From Octopus sinensis (taxonomy: Eukaryota), in contig NC_043000.1 in assembly GCF_006345805.1 (NCBI RefSeq), forward strand, positions 60,016,001 to 60,080,000: a stretch of 64,000 bases of DNA. Reading direction: 5' to 3'. Positions 37,611 through 50,620 of the stretch are shown here, piece by piece. The position numbers were made by a program, and so were the translations under genes. The notes under the pieces were generated by a model. The model worked only from the letters and a program-made list of their open reading frames with translations. It had not been told where the DNA came from and did not search any database. Within the stretch, counting starts at the first letter, position 1. Each line of letters begins with the position of its first letter.

Positions 37611-38237
37611 TTACAGCTCTCCATGGCAGAGAATGCAGACAAGATTGGAATGTTCTTGGCAAACATGAATATTACAATTCTTACATGTAGTACAAGTTCT
37701 TGACTCCATAACTGTGTGACATTTTCATCTTTAGATTTATAAACACCTATAAGAATAATCAGTCCAATAAATTTCTTTAGTTCAGAGTGATCAATTTCCT
37801 TCTATTTATCTTTGTAAACAAACTGACCTTCAAAATTTGTCCGTTTACGAATTACTTCAAGAAGATTCTGGCATATAAAGATAGTAAAATATGTTTCAAT
37901 GCTATCGCAAGACCTTTTAGCAACACAGGATGGTCCATATTCTTGGCACACAATATTGCAAGATGAAGTTCTTACTGCTGCTTGAGTAAGAGGATTAGAA
38001 TGCCAAACTTCTTGTCTGTCTCTAGAAACATATTGCTCATTCATGGGTTGCAGATAATTGTTTCTTAGTACCTTCATCATCTGATGACACAGAACTTAAA
38101 CTGTCCAGCACACAATCAATTTTACTATCATCTTCAGAGTAATAGAAGGAATCACTACTATCTTCTTCTCATTCTTCATCTAATTCTAATAACCTTTTCA
38201 ATATTTGGTATTCACTCAAATTTTCATGTCTAGGCAT
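37611..38237 (-). pseudogene. piggyBac (PGBD4-like) transposase remnant: acidic N-terminus, N-terminal domain and C-terminal cysteine-rich domain; DDD core deleted
   Basis: MPRHENLSEYQILKRLLELDEE*EEDSSDS...; YVSRDRQEVWHSNP...RTSSCNI...GPSCVAKRSCDSI...KEIDHSELKKFIGLIILIGVYKSKDENVTQLWSQE joined to RTCTTCKNCNIHVCQEHSNLVCILC; stops and frameshifts present. Confidence 0.85.
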
Positions 38238-38269
38238 ATTGGAAAGCACAACTGAACTATATGAAACTT

Positions 38270-38501
38270 AGGCGGCGAGCTGGTAGAAACGTTAGCACGC
38301 CGGGCGAAATTCGTAGTCGTATTTCGTCTGTCGTTACGTTCCGAGTTCAAATTCCGCCGAGGTCGACTTTGCCTTTCATCCTTTCGGGGTCGATAAATTA
38401 AGTACCAGTTACGCACTGGGGTCGATGTAGTCGACTTAATCCCTTTGTCTGTCCTTGTTTGTCCCCTCTGTGTTTAGCCCCTTGTGGGCAGTAAAGAAAT
38501 A
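38270..38501 (+). mobile_element. Young full-length family B tRNA-derived SINE with 12-bp TSD, inserted in the piggyBac
   Basis: TSD tatatgaaactt at 38258-38269 and 38502-38513; many intact CpGs; B-box-like GAGTTCAAATTCC. Confidence 0.92.
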
Positions 38502-39129
38502 TATATGAAACTTGATAGCAGACCAAAGGCAGATATTGCTCGCTCACATATTTATACTCTCCTGAAAGATGATTCAATATATTGTAAGAATTGCATCATC
38601 ACATAGAAATCACCCTATAACCTAGCAGACTGAAGGTGATGCAGTACCACACAAATTTACAGGAATATTTTCATAATTTCTCCTATCTTATCTAAAATTC
38701 AGCAAGTAAATTGAATACAATTTTACCTATTTTATATTTGATAAATATCTAGGAAAATAATATTTCATACTGCTCTTATTTTGTTTAGAATGACAAGAGT
38801 ATTGTCTGAATTTAAATCGAGAGTCCAATGGATCTATATGGTATTTAATGTATAAAGTGAAATTTTCTAGCTTTTATAAACATATGGAAAAATTTCCCAT
38901 TTGACAAATAAAAGAGTCAAGAAAAAATAAGAGTCAGGAGAAATCAGCAGAATCAAATAATATAAACAATAGGAAAAGGCAACTGAAAAAACTGAAATGG
39001 GTCCATTGAACCCATTGGTAGACAGAAAGTTAAAGGTGAATGTGTAGTCTTGACTTCATGATATTAATCAGGTGAAATAAATCATCACTTGGACAGAACA
39101 CTAGTAGCCTCACAAACTGATAAGGGAGT

Positions 39130-39310
39130 CCCAACATAGTCACTCAACTTGCTAGAAATAGCAATTAGATCTCTCTCAAACTGTATTCTATCATCTCAGA
39201 AAAAGACACACTGGATACTATTATCCTCTGTCTCTTGCATACAGGAATGGTTACAGACTTTGATTATAAGTCTACTCCACCAGGGCTGGCCTGTGGCTAA
39301 GTAACAACCA
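39130..39310 (+). mobile_element. Interspersed repeat family C
   Basis: gtcactcaacttgctagaaatagcaattagatctctctcaaa...cagggctggcctgtggctaagtaacaac. Confidence 0.7.
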
Positions 39311-40520
39311 GTAGCTTCTTTGTCATTGTTCAACCTATTATAATTAATAGCAAAATCTCCTTTAAATTATAGCTTATTATTGATCTGATACTAACAACCA
39401 GTCTATCAAAAGTAACACACTCATGATTTAGTAGCTAATACCTGTCAGTTACATACCTAAATATACCTTTACTATGTACATGGTATATGTATATGCACAT
39501 TCACTGGCATTACATACAAGCTGGCTATTTCAGATGCAGCTTTCCATAACACACTTCTTCATACTTTCTGTGGTCTCAGCCTGAACTTATCTATGTTTGG
39601 AGCACACATTCCTCTCTAGAAATAAGCATAGAGTTTAATACCCATCCACCTTTCAAGACAGAACAAAATCAATCTGTTTCAGTACACACCTGATTGGTAG
39701 ATAACCAGCTGTTTTCTGAAGGCTATGGAACAGATGATAAATTGGTTTCATTCTTTCATAGACACAGATAAGGTATAATGATTTCCATGTAGGCAGACCA
39801 TTTGAAATTTAGGTGGGCAACCAGAAAAGCATCTGGCCATAGTATACTGCCTCAATAAATCTCATCCCACTCATGTTAGCATGGAATATCATCATCATCT
39901 ACATAATAATCACAGAACTGTAAAAGTCTTATGCTTACTCAATCCTTTACATAGAACTACTATACTGAAAAATCACTAAGTCCTCAACTTGTGCATTAAA
40001 GTACCAAGCAACAATTAAGATATTGTTGTCATAGGGTCTTGCAGAATATATTCCTGCTGATGAAGATTTATGCTGAGCTAACATTTTTCTAAGTTTATCA
40101 CACACCTTAACCACTCATGCTAATAAAATATGTACACAAATGAAGAAATAGAATATCAACAAAATATTATCTATTATGTAAATATATGAGATTTGCAAAT
40201 CATAGATATGAAAAAAAAAAAAACCAGAATGGGGAAAAAAGAAGAATCGTTAAGAAAATTATTATGATTGAAACAGAAAAGAGATGAAAAGAGAGAATGA
40301 AGAAATGATTCATATTGGTGAAAAGCCAAAGTAAATTGAGAAGAAAGAAATCAGTCACCCTTGAAAGAATTTTTGAGTTAGTATATTCAAAACAGAATTC
40401 AATTAAATGACATGAGCACAAGAATGCAGTTGTTTTCAGACAGTAATATAGATAAATTTCCAGCAATATAAACAATTCCTACTCTTTTCTAGATTTATCA
40501 ATCTATCCAGCTTTCTGTGT

Positions 40521-40532
40521 GTATATATATAT

Positions 40533-40578
<46 letters not shown>
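40521..40578. repeat. (TA)n microsatellite
   Basis: Direct reading of the sequence. Confidence 0.95.
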
Positions 40579-40581
<3 letters not shown>

Positions 40582-41539
40582 CTTTCATGTTTTCTCATAG
40601 TAACTGGCAAAATATAAAACAAATATTAGAACAAAATGAGTCAATATTTCAAATTGAATTACTATGATCATTTCATCCATATTAAGTTAAGACTAAAGAA
40701 CTACAATACTAATAAGAATGCAAACAATTAGAAATACTACCAACGGCAAACCCTAGAATAAATTAAGCAAGAAGTGTCCATTCTATGTTTAGTAACATTA
40801 ATAATGGTTTTTATAACTCCACAAGAATTTCATCACTGCTATGCAAGTGAGTCAATGAACAGAATAATGAAGTTGATAATTGTATTTCAGGGAGAAAATT
40901 TGCTCTGATGAACACGCTCAGGTGAAGAAGAACAATGTATACCTTGGTTAGTCATAGTCTGCAGATGACCATCTATCCAGCTGAATGTTTCCATAATTAC
41001 AATAAGAAAATGAGATGGCATTGGATTTGTATTGCAAAGAGTAATAATAGTAGTGTTGTCCATCTCTGTAATAGCCTATAGGAGGATTTCTACTCATCCA
41101 CAATTATTTGCTACCAGAACCTCTACTTTCAGCAATGACATGCCCTCTATACATTATGAAGTATATGGGTGGGTGATAGATACAAAGCACAAAATATAAT
41201 ATATATATCGATAAAATTCATTGTGGCATTTAGTTAAGGCTCTTTTTGTTCTGAGTTAAAACCCAACCAAGGTCAACTTCACATCTATCCCCTACCCACA
41301 AAATTTGTGATCTCATACTTATATTTGAAACTGTCTTTATTATGGGCTCAAGATGTTCAATGCTTGATGTCGTTGTGAAGGACTTTGGGAAAATTGTTTC
41401 TATCATAGCCTTGCATTGACCAAGGCTTTATGGATAAAATTTACTGACAGAGTCTACATGGAACATCTTCAGAAGAATATATATCACCATCTGTTATCAT
41501 TTTACATTCATTTTCTGATGTGTGCTTTGGTTGGATGGG

Positions 41540-41925
41540 TCATCTCTAACACAAAATCTTACCATTTGCTGCAGTACCTTATCCTCTACTTCAAGAAGGT
41601 CAGCATTCTGAGATCAACTTTCATCTTTATTCAACATGTCTTTTTCAGTATTTCTTTTCTGCAGATTCTCTCCACTTGGATTGTGTGACCAATTTTTCAA
41701 TTAGCTATTATACTTACCAACTCAACCATCTCATTTGCATGCTACAAATAATTCCTTCTCTATTCAGTTTTACTTGCAGCCCATTTCTTCTCCATCATTC
41801 ACATACAGTGATATTATACTTCCAGGAGAGCAGAGCATGTTCACCTCTTTCTTCACAGCCTTTGCACAAAATCCACTTTCAACTGCCATACCTCACTGCT
41901 ATGCAATATATACATACTTGTCATG
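41540..41925 (-). mobile_element. Old RTE LINE ORF2 C-terminal fragment
   Basis: Minus-strand YILHSSEVWQLKVDFVQRL*RKEVNML...QVERICRKEILKKTC*IKMKVDLRML parallels MLHGSETW..EDM.RLERNEASML...VEGTCGRGRP.KTW..VVKHDLRML of the 30250 copy. Confidence 0.65.
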
Positions 41926-42462
41926 GCTGATGCCAGTACCGCCTGACTGGCACCCGTGCCAGTGGCATGTAAAAAGCACCTTCGAGCATGGCCGATGCCA
42001 GTCCCATCAGACTGGCTTCTGTGCCAGTGACATGTAAAATGCACCATATGAATGTGGTCGATACCAGTGCCACCTGACTGGTCCCATGCTGGTGACATGT
42101 AAAAAGCACTATTCATGTGTGGTCATTGCTAGTGCCACCTGACTGGCTCCCGTGCTGGTGGGATGTAAAAAGCACCATTTAAGCTTGGCCATTACCAGTG
42201 CTTCCTGACTGGCTCCCGTGCCGGTGGCATGTAGAAAGTCAGGCGGTACTGGTTGAAACCAGTACCGCCTGACTGGCCCTCATGCCAGTGGCACATAAAA
42301 AGCACTCTCAGAGTGGCTGGCGTTAAGAAGAGCATCCAGCTGTAGAAACCTTATCAGATCAGATTGGAGCCTGGTGCAGCCTTCTGGTTTGCCAGTCCTC
42401 AGTCAAACCGTCAAACCCATGCCAGCAAGTCAAGCAAGTTAAACGGTGAAGATGATGATGAC
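41926..42462 (+). mobile_element. RTE 3' UTR fragment: six diverged 66-bp-type units plus shared tail
   Basis: Units with ccagt...cctgactggc...gtggca...taaaaagcac; tail catccagctgtagaaacc...caaacccatgccagc...gatgatgatga. Confidence 0.85.
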
Positions 42463-43361
42463 ATATACAAACTAACATATAAATATACATACATACTTGT
42501 ATATCAGGTGGATGGTAGAATCAGTGGTGCATTGAAAAGAATAGCTTCTCGTATTTGGTTATGTCCCTTATATATCAAGTTGAAATCGTATCTAAGTCAA
42601 CTTTGTTTTACCTCTTTCCAAGACTGATAAAATAGTACCAAACAAAGCAATGGGTTTAATATAATCAAAACGTTTTAAGGCTATGTTGTAGCATGGCTAT
42701 AGTCCAATGACTGGAACTGGTAAAAGAATAACAGAATAAAAGAATATAACTAGTAGAATTATATTATTATTGGAAGTTGGATTGGCAGAAATGTTAAAGT
42801 ATTGGTAGAACTACATTGCAGTATTTGTTCTAACTCTTTACATTCTAAGTAAAATCCCTCCAAGGTACAACTTCACCTTTCATCCCACTGGGCTCAACTT
42901 AAAGTACCAGTCAAGGTTGCAAACCTACAACCTGATTTTCATGCAACTTCTTTTTGCCTAAGTCATTAAATTCTAGCAAAAAACTAATATTTCATCTTAC
43001 TCCCTTTTTGGATTCAGGCTAATTTGGTAAATCATTTTACTGTTTTCAAAATGTAGTGGTGATTCAGTTAAAGTACTGAACTCTTGGCCAATTAGTTTGC
43101 ATTGTGATTATTTAAGAAACTATTTCCATTGATACTGAGTTTGCATGTATTATAAGAGAAGAAGATGGCAAGGGAAAGGAAAATAGACAAGAAAAAGAAG
43201 AAACATGCAAACAGAAAAAACAAAAAGAAAATGAAGAGCTACAAGAAGCTAGAAGAAAAAAATCAAGCGAGAATTTAGTGTTAGGGAAAAAAGACTAATG
43301 ATATTGGTGAGTGTTGGTTTGTGACCCATCTCCAATACCATAATACATTTACCTTTAATTT

Positions 43362-43465
43362 TTTTTATTAATATAATCACAACAGTTTTTAAATACTTCA
43401 ATCACAAGCTACAAACAGGGCTTTTCTAATTATTTCCTGGGTGATATTAAACAATATTATTTTTT
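43362..43465 (+). repeat. About 105-bp AT-rich dispersed repeat (copy 2)
   Basis: Aligns with 35325-35428. Confidence 0.85.
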
Positions 43466-44324
43466 AAAAAATATATTTACCTTATTTTATATAACACACA
43501 AATTTAAAAATGGCATTACTGTATTTGTTACTCTCTAATTTTAATATAATCTTTGCCTACCTTAATTTATAATTGCAATATTCAACATTCCCCCTCTCTT
43601 TCTCATGCATACACAAACATACATGTGTACATACACACATTAATGAGTCAAATTTTAACTAAATCAACATATTCTGAGTCAGCTAATATTTCTGGTTTCA
43701 TTCCAATTTATCTTAAATTGATCAAATTGTGTATATAAACAAGGTTTCAGCTGAAATTAAAACCACCATCAAGTTTATATAAACTGCTAAAGGGCTCATG
43801 ACAGCTGTAAAATGCTTATCAAAGCACTAGAAGAATTTTAAGAAAACTCTTCCCAAATCAAAAGTAGATTTACAGTAGAGGAGGGTGTTTATCTAAAAAT
43901 GAAAAATTATAAAATCATAATAAACCATTACCACATATTGCTTGAAGATATTTAATCATCTTGCATATCAGAACTCAGAATATATACATACATGCCTAAA
44001 ACAAATGACCTCTCAAAGTTACATGTCTGTAGCTGTTCATCGAGGTTGACCATGTATCTACACCTAAAAAGTTCTTCAGGGCATAGGGTTGGGGTTCTAT
44101 GGAAAAGCAGCAGTTGCCTATGCTGCAGTAAGTCTCCCTTCTCTACTCCATAGATTTTGACTAAGGGAAATCCAAGGGCTGATGCATTTTGGCAACTGCA
44201 TAAAGAACTGGAACAAATACTGGTATTTTGTCCAACACTCTAATGATTCTGCCAATCCACTACCTTTCCAGCAGATTTATATTATTAAACTATTCTAGAA
44301 CATCTATTTGCAAAATTTTATTTT

Positions 44325-44325
44325 A

Positions 44326-44397
<72 letters not shown>
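44325..44397. repeat. (CA)n microsatellite
   Basis: Direct reading of the sequence. Confidence 0.95.
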
Positions 44398-44399
<2 letters not shown>

Positions 44400-45263
44400 T
44401 CATTTTTAACCTTTGAAAAATATATTATACAACAAGAAAACATACATCACATCTGTTTGATTTCAGAAAAACAAGTATTTTTTATTAAAATATTACATTA
44501 AAATAACATATTAAAATGTTGAAATGGGTTTTTTTTTTATGTCTGAAAATTTATTCATATTCAGAAAACAATAAGAAATAAATCTGAGGTGGGGAAGAAA
44601 AGACATGTGTCTATTGAAGATATTAAAAATATTTTGTCTTACAATCAGAATATCTAAGACTCTAAAACCCAAAAGACTACTCCCTAAGCGAAGTATCATT
44701 TTAACATATTTTATATTGACCAACACAATATACAACACCACTTTCATTCTACAGTTACACAAGTTCTAGATATAGCTTTGTTTATCTGAATATTAAATGA
44801 ATAATAGAAATGATAAAGCAGAACAGATAATTGTACTATCAACTTAAAACAATTTGTTACATTTCTGATGTTTCATTATGTTTTTGTACATTTAACTCAG
44901 TTCACTAAACCATTAACAATAGATATCAGATCTCTATGGCTTGCGGGGGTCAAAAGATTGGCATACAAATGTATATATTTTCCTAGAAAACTCAGTAGAT
45001 ATTTCGTCAAACAGTTCATTACCAGAAATCAACTTTAACATCATAACATAAGAAAAAGATTAAAGAATATTAAGACAATCATAATATACAAATAATCATA
45101 TAAGAATCATAGTCAAAAGGTGGAAAACATCTCAAAAGCTAAGTATCTGAAAGAAATCAACGACTGAAGAAAATGCTGAAAATTCAATAAGAAGCAAAGT
45201 TTAAAAATGGTGTTGAAATATTTCAAATAAATATTTATATAAAGAAGGATAAAAAGAGAAGAG

Positions 45264-45268
<5 letters not shown>

Positions 45269-45314
<46 letters not shown>
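45269..45314. repeat. (TA)n microsatellite
   Basis: Direct reading of the sequence. Confidence 0.95.
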
Positions 45315-45317
<3 letters not shown>

Positions 45318-46934
45318 CAAATTGTATAAGAATACTTGAAGAAACACAAGCCTGTGATTCCAATAGGATTTAACTTTGGCATCTTTGTAAAATGTTTAAA
45401 CATAGCAAACCAAAACTTTGAGTCAAAACCAGTGTAAAACAAACAGTGCATAAATAATAAAAAGGATTTCTGCGAGTTTCGAATATCCTAACATTATATA
45501 ACAAAATCAGGACCTAAATAGCAATTATAAAAGCACATTGTAAACATTGTTTACATAATGCTGCTTAGACAAACATCAACATATAAAAACAAAACTGGAA
45601 TAATTTCAATTGTTTCACACATATATATAACTTACTATCTTCTACCTTTCCTGATCCTTATACATGAACAAACATCAAGAGATATACATGTCTAAACTAT
45701 AAGAAAAAGAATTTCTAGACATGTTCTGCGTAATTCCCACCAAATGATTCAATGTAATGGTTATCACAGCTCCTTTTGGAACAGCTTCTGTTCTCTGAAT
45801 GTAACATGACAGCACAACATAGCTGCCATTAGAATTTAAGTTACAAAAATAAAGTAGGTAAAATTTTTTTAAATATCAAAACAAAAACATCCAAACACCA
45901 GAAACTCAACATATGCCAGTAATTTGAAAGTACACAGAAGATCAGTGTGATAAAAAGGAAATAATACGACAAAAATTCAGATCAGTAAATCAGTTGTCTT
46001 TATATTTGTTCGTGCAGGGAGGGGTTTGATAGGTTTGCAAATTGACATATTTTCCCACACAATAAAGATTTTCTGCAGCAATATTTATTGCTTTCTTAAT
46101 TGAACATATTCCCCTTTCTGATTATTCAGATGAAAAGAACAATATATCTTGCCAAGTGCTTTGATATGGCTTTTAATTCAGTACTCTATCACTTTAATCA
46201 TATACCTACAATATATTCCTTTCTAGCGATTTAATCAACACATGGATAGATAAGAGAATATCTAGAGTATTGATGTCATGTGTAGTGATTGGATCTGATT
46301 TAAATAGGGTCTTTCACAACAAACACTTGTTCATTTATTATCTACCTCTTCAAAGTGTTGTATTTATTATGTGAGCTTAATCCAGTTTAAGTAATTAAGT
46401 AATTAGAAGAATTACATTTTCCTCTCATCTACCGTACCAATTCAAGATAAATATGGAAACAAAACAACCATCATACAAGATTTACTAGAAAATTATAACT
46501 ATTTAGATAATTTATTTTTCAGTTTGACCCCTAACAAATATCTTTTATCATTTTTATTTCTCATTTATAAAGGGGGCAATAATATTTCATACTATTTCCT
46601 TGTGTTTCACCTCTCTCAGACTACCAGTGAAAAGTGTTTAATATGAGACAGTTTAGCAAATAAGACTTCACCCTATTTAACATTTCTAAATGCTAAGTGG
46701 CAATGCTAAACACAGGAAAAGAATATAGAACTAGCTACAGGAACCAATGTAAACTATTACCACACTTGAATCTTTACATGAAAGTTTCAATGCCACTGTG
46801 ACAACCACAAATGTTAAATTATCACATAGAGTAATGTGAAGGTATATGTCTACATGTGTATCTTGGTTTTAAAATAGGTACATTGTATTCTTGCATGTTG
46901 CAAAAAGCAACTAAAAGTGTTGGCATCTAGCTTT

Positions 46935-47445
46935 AAAACAGTCTCAAAGAGTTCCATCCAACCCATGCCAACATGGGAAAGCAGATGTAAAAATAATGTC
47001 AACAATAATGATGATGATGATGATGTGTGTGTGTGTGCGCGTGCGCAGTTATATGCAAGCATCAGTGTCATACAAATAGTGTCATTACTAGTTTTCTGAG
47101 AAAAGATGTCTAAGAGGAAATATTAGCATATTTGGAAATAAGCAAGGTTTGGCAACAAGAAAGGAATCTGGTTATAAAAAATTTGCCTCAATGAATTCCA
47201 CTTGATCCATGCAAGTATAGAAAAGTAGATTAAAAAATGATGGTTAAGAAATTTGTTTCCCAACCATGTGGTTTCAAGTTCAGTCCTATAGCATGGCACC
47301 TTTGGTGAGTTTTCTCCTACAGCTATGGGCCAACCAAATCTTTATTGGTGGAGTTGGTAATTGGAAACTGAAAGAAGCCCATTATGTGTGTTATCATCAT
47401 TAACATCATTTAACATCTGTCTTCTCTACTGGCATGGGTTGGACA

Positions 47446-47487
<42 letters not shown>

Positions 47488-47545
47488 AACACACACTCAC
47501 ACATAGAGGTGCAAATGTGGCTAGGTGCAAGCATGGCTGTTTGGA
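46935..47545. mobile_element. Cluster of SINE heads and RTE-type tails in both orientations
   Basis: Tail ccatccaacccatgccaacatgg (+, 46955); tail at about 47130-47245; family A head at 47245-47392; inverted tail ctggcatgggttgg at about 47430. Confidence 0.7.
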
Positions 47546-49321
47546 GGTACTTTGTATATAATTTCCCTATAGCATTTCTACTGTTGGATGTTGGGGCATT
47601 TTTTGTAATCAGTCTGTTTCACTCTTTTCATTCTTGGCTTTCTTTATGCAATTGACTGGTCTGGTATAAAATAATATTGGTAAATGATTTTGTGCACTTG
47701 GTTGTCCTAGTGATACCCAGCTCCTCTCTAACATATGAATATCACTAGCTCTCAATGCACTTATCTGTCTTTAATAAGTTTTTGATTTTTAAACTTGTTG
47801 GATGACCACATATCTTTCCAATTTATTTACTGGCCACTCAATGCGCATACACAGACACAGACACACACACACACACACAGAGAAACAGATAAGCTTAATC
47901 ACAGGTAAATCTAAGCAAATAATCAAATGCGGGAAAAGAAATTCCCATGTTTGTATTTACTTAACAAGGTGAAGCTCATATATTTGGATGAAGCTTGATA
48001 ACAGAAGCTGCCAAATAGAAAATATTGAATGATGTAGTTCTTTTATTTATTTATTTATTTATTTCATCTTCTTTTGTCAATCACTTTATCATCATTGTAT
48101 TTCTAATAGTCATTTTGTTGAAACCAAAGGATGAAATAGTCATTTTGTTGAAGCTGGAGGATCTGAACTTAATATAGTTCTGTTTCAGTTTTCTGTGAAG
48201 TTCTGATATATATATATTGAAGTAAGAATATGAAAAAGTCATACAGATACACAGATCCTTTATATTACAAAATTTTATTAGATTCTTATGAATGCTTTAT
48301 ATGAGAAAAATATTGTTAATTTCAAAAGAATCTGGAAACAGTATGGGCTGCAACCAGGAAACTCTTTTGCAGATACAAGTAGTTTGAGACATTAAATCAT
48401 AATAGGGAAAATATTTAACCATCCAAATCAAGTTTAATTGGCTATTAAAACTATAACAATCCATTAACAGATTGAAATCTCTCTTGAATTTTCAATAAAA
48501 ACTGAAAAGTCAGTAGAAACATATCTCCAAAATAAGAATTAGCAGCAGAGAATTGTTGAAAGCCAACCATAGCAACTATTTCAATCTCATAATGTATATT
48601 TCAGCTGCTAGCAGTAAGATTTTGGCTCATTACTGAGACAAATCTATTGATTAGCAGCCGCCGTAACTACAGATAGTAACTCAAGTCAGTAGCGTCTTGT
48701 GCACTTTAGCTTAATCTCATTTTAAGATATTTTCTTTGCTACCTAACAACATATATGTAATAACTGTACCTATCCAACCAAATCTCTGCAGTCCAATTTA
48801 TTTCCGACAACAGCTAAAACTTAGACAATAGCAACAATGTTATTTTAAGAATAAGCATTAAAAAAACCCCACTGAAACCTATTTAAGTTTTTGTTAAAAT
48901 TCTTTTTTTAAAAACTGCTTTAAGGGGATTTGGGAAAAGTGGGGCTAAAAAATAGAAACAAAAAGTAAGCAGAGAATATTAAAATAATGTAAGAAATATG
49001 TTTCAATAACTAAATAATTGAAAATAAATATCAATCGTTTCTAAAACTAAACATATTTCTTTCAGTCTCAGGTTTGATAAAGCTGAAGCATAAATAACAT
49101 GAGAAGGAGAAAGTGAAAACTAAATTTCCATGTATTCTTATTGGTATCTTATTTGTATAAAGCATATTATTCCCTGACAGCACACAAATATTTTTGTGGG
49201 AGAGGAGGCTAGCTTCATTTGCAACTTCAAATAGCACTGAAGCAGAATTTTCATTTTTTTTTCTACCAGTCTTCTACCAATGCTTCAAGACTAAATTTAG
49301 TTTTGATTCCCTGTTCTTATT

Positions 49322-49383
49322 TCAGTGATATCCCTGGGAAGGCGTTTTATACACCATCTTTGAATAGTCAGATGTCAGCCTAC
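49322..49383 (-). CDS. Candidate exon (reading xRLTSDYSKMVYKTPSQGYH*) or AG|GT recursive site
   Basis: Acceptor aacattgtttcttttcAG at 49385-49384; the only frame that extends stops at 49324-49322; no homology recognised. Confidence 0.15.
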
Positions 49384-49589
49384 CTGAAAAGAAACAATGT
49401 TGTTATGAATAAGATGTGTTCTTTTTCTATCAATACCTGCTTCCCTTGTTTACTTGAGATATTGACCATGGAGCAGTTTCTCTTGCCATTTGTTGATAAA
49501 CTTCCTCAGGCCTTCTTGTTGTGGTTTTCTGATTCTATTGGTATTGCAGCTTTGGGATTATCATTTAGATCTAAGTTTACTTGTCTTTT

Positions 49590-50620
49590 TTACTTCTGGC
49601 CTCTATAATGACAGAATGTAGCGTTTTGTTTCCTTTGTGTATGGTGGAACAGCTAAGAGGCATCTCTTTCAAACTGGAACAAGGAAGGGCAATGTCGGCA
49701 TACACAGACAATGTCATGGTGTCAGATGCCTCCGAAGCGGTAATGGTCGGCACCATCCTAAAGGAATATGAGTCAGTTGCAGGGGCTAGAATCAATGTCG
49801 ACAAATCGGTGGGTTTGTGGTTGGGTTCCTGAAGAGGCAGGACAATGCAATCAGATGGCAGCAGCGTTGGCAGATGTCAGACTGACAGACCAATTAAACT
49901 GCTTAGGGTCTGGTTTGGTTCTGACGTCCAGGTTGATAAGAACTGGGACAAAGTGGCAAACAGGGTGACCAGTCTTACTCAGAAATGGGCAGAGGGGAAG
50001 CTGTCCCTGAAAGGCGGGGCAGGTGTGGCGAATGCTTACATCACCTCTATTATCATTTATCGCCTGACCGTCATGCCTTATCCCGGTTACTGCTTGACCA
50101 AATTGGAGCATCTCTTATTTAAATTCTTGTGGAAGGAATGCATTCCAAGGGTCAGGCAGTCAGCCTGTTGCCAGCATCCTCTGAGTGGCAGATTAGGTAA
50201 ACCATTGCTCCTAATGCACAGGCACACTCTTAAGTTACGCTACCGACAATGATTTCTGAACAATGAGTGTGTGCAGGCTCCATTTGTGATGCTCATCTTC
50301 TTCATAGAGCTGCAGTCCTGGGTGAAGATAAGACTGAAACTGGGCGCCTGGCACCTAGAATGTCATCAGATACTCACAGCCCTCTACTAGTCAGGTAATG
50401 GGATCGGTGGATGCTCTGTCTTAGAAATTTATAGAGGATTAATGGTAGGGAAGTGCGACAATGTTCTCGGGGAGACTCTGGGTGCTGACGAAAATGAGCT
50501 GGCTAGTCTGTTCCAGAGGTTTACCAGTGGATGGCTTATTTTTCTCAATACCATAGCCCTGCTCTATACCATAGCATCAGTGTAGTGCTCTGATGGTCGT
50601 TAAGAAGAAAAAAAACAAAT
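49590..50620 (+). mobile_element. 5'-truncated Tx1/L1-clade LINE (RT C-terminal half and downstream region), decayed
   Basis: SAYTDNV (YADD-like), EYESVAGARINVDKSVGLWLGS, KLLRVWFGSD..VDKNWDKV, W...LSLKG...ANAYI.S.I.YRLTV, LFKFLWK...P.VR...CCQHPL..RLGKP are typical of Tx1-type ORF2. Confidence 0.85.

Larger units (their letters stand above)
37389..39029 (-). mobile_element. Internally deleted piggyBac DNA transposon with TTAA target-site duplication
   Basis: TTAA at 37385-37388 and 39030-39033; 14-bp TIRs CCCTTGGTCTACCA and CTTTCTGTCTACCA; subterminal palindrome TGGGTCCAATGGACCCA at 37431-37447 and a variant at 38998-39014. Confidence 0.85.

Noticed and set aside
40900-40945. CTGATGA...GAAG hammerhead-like string
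   Set aside because: No GAAA-NUH arrangement and no stem I.
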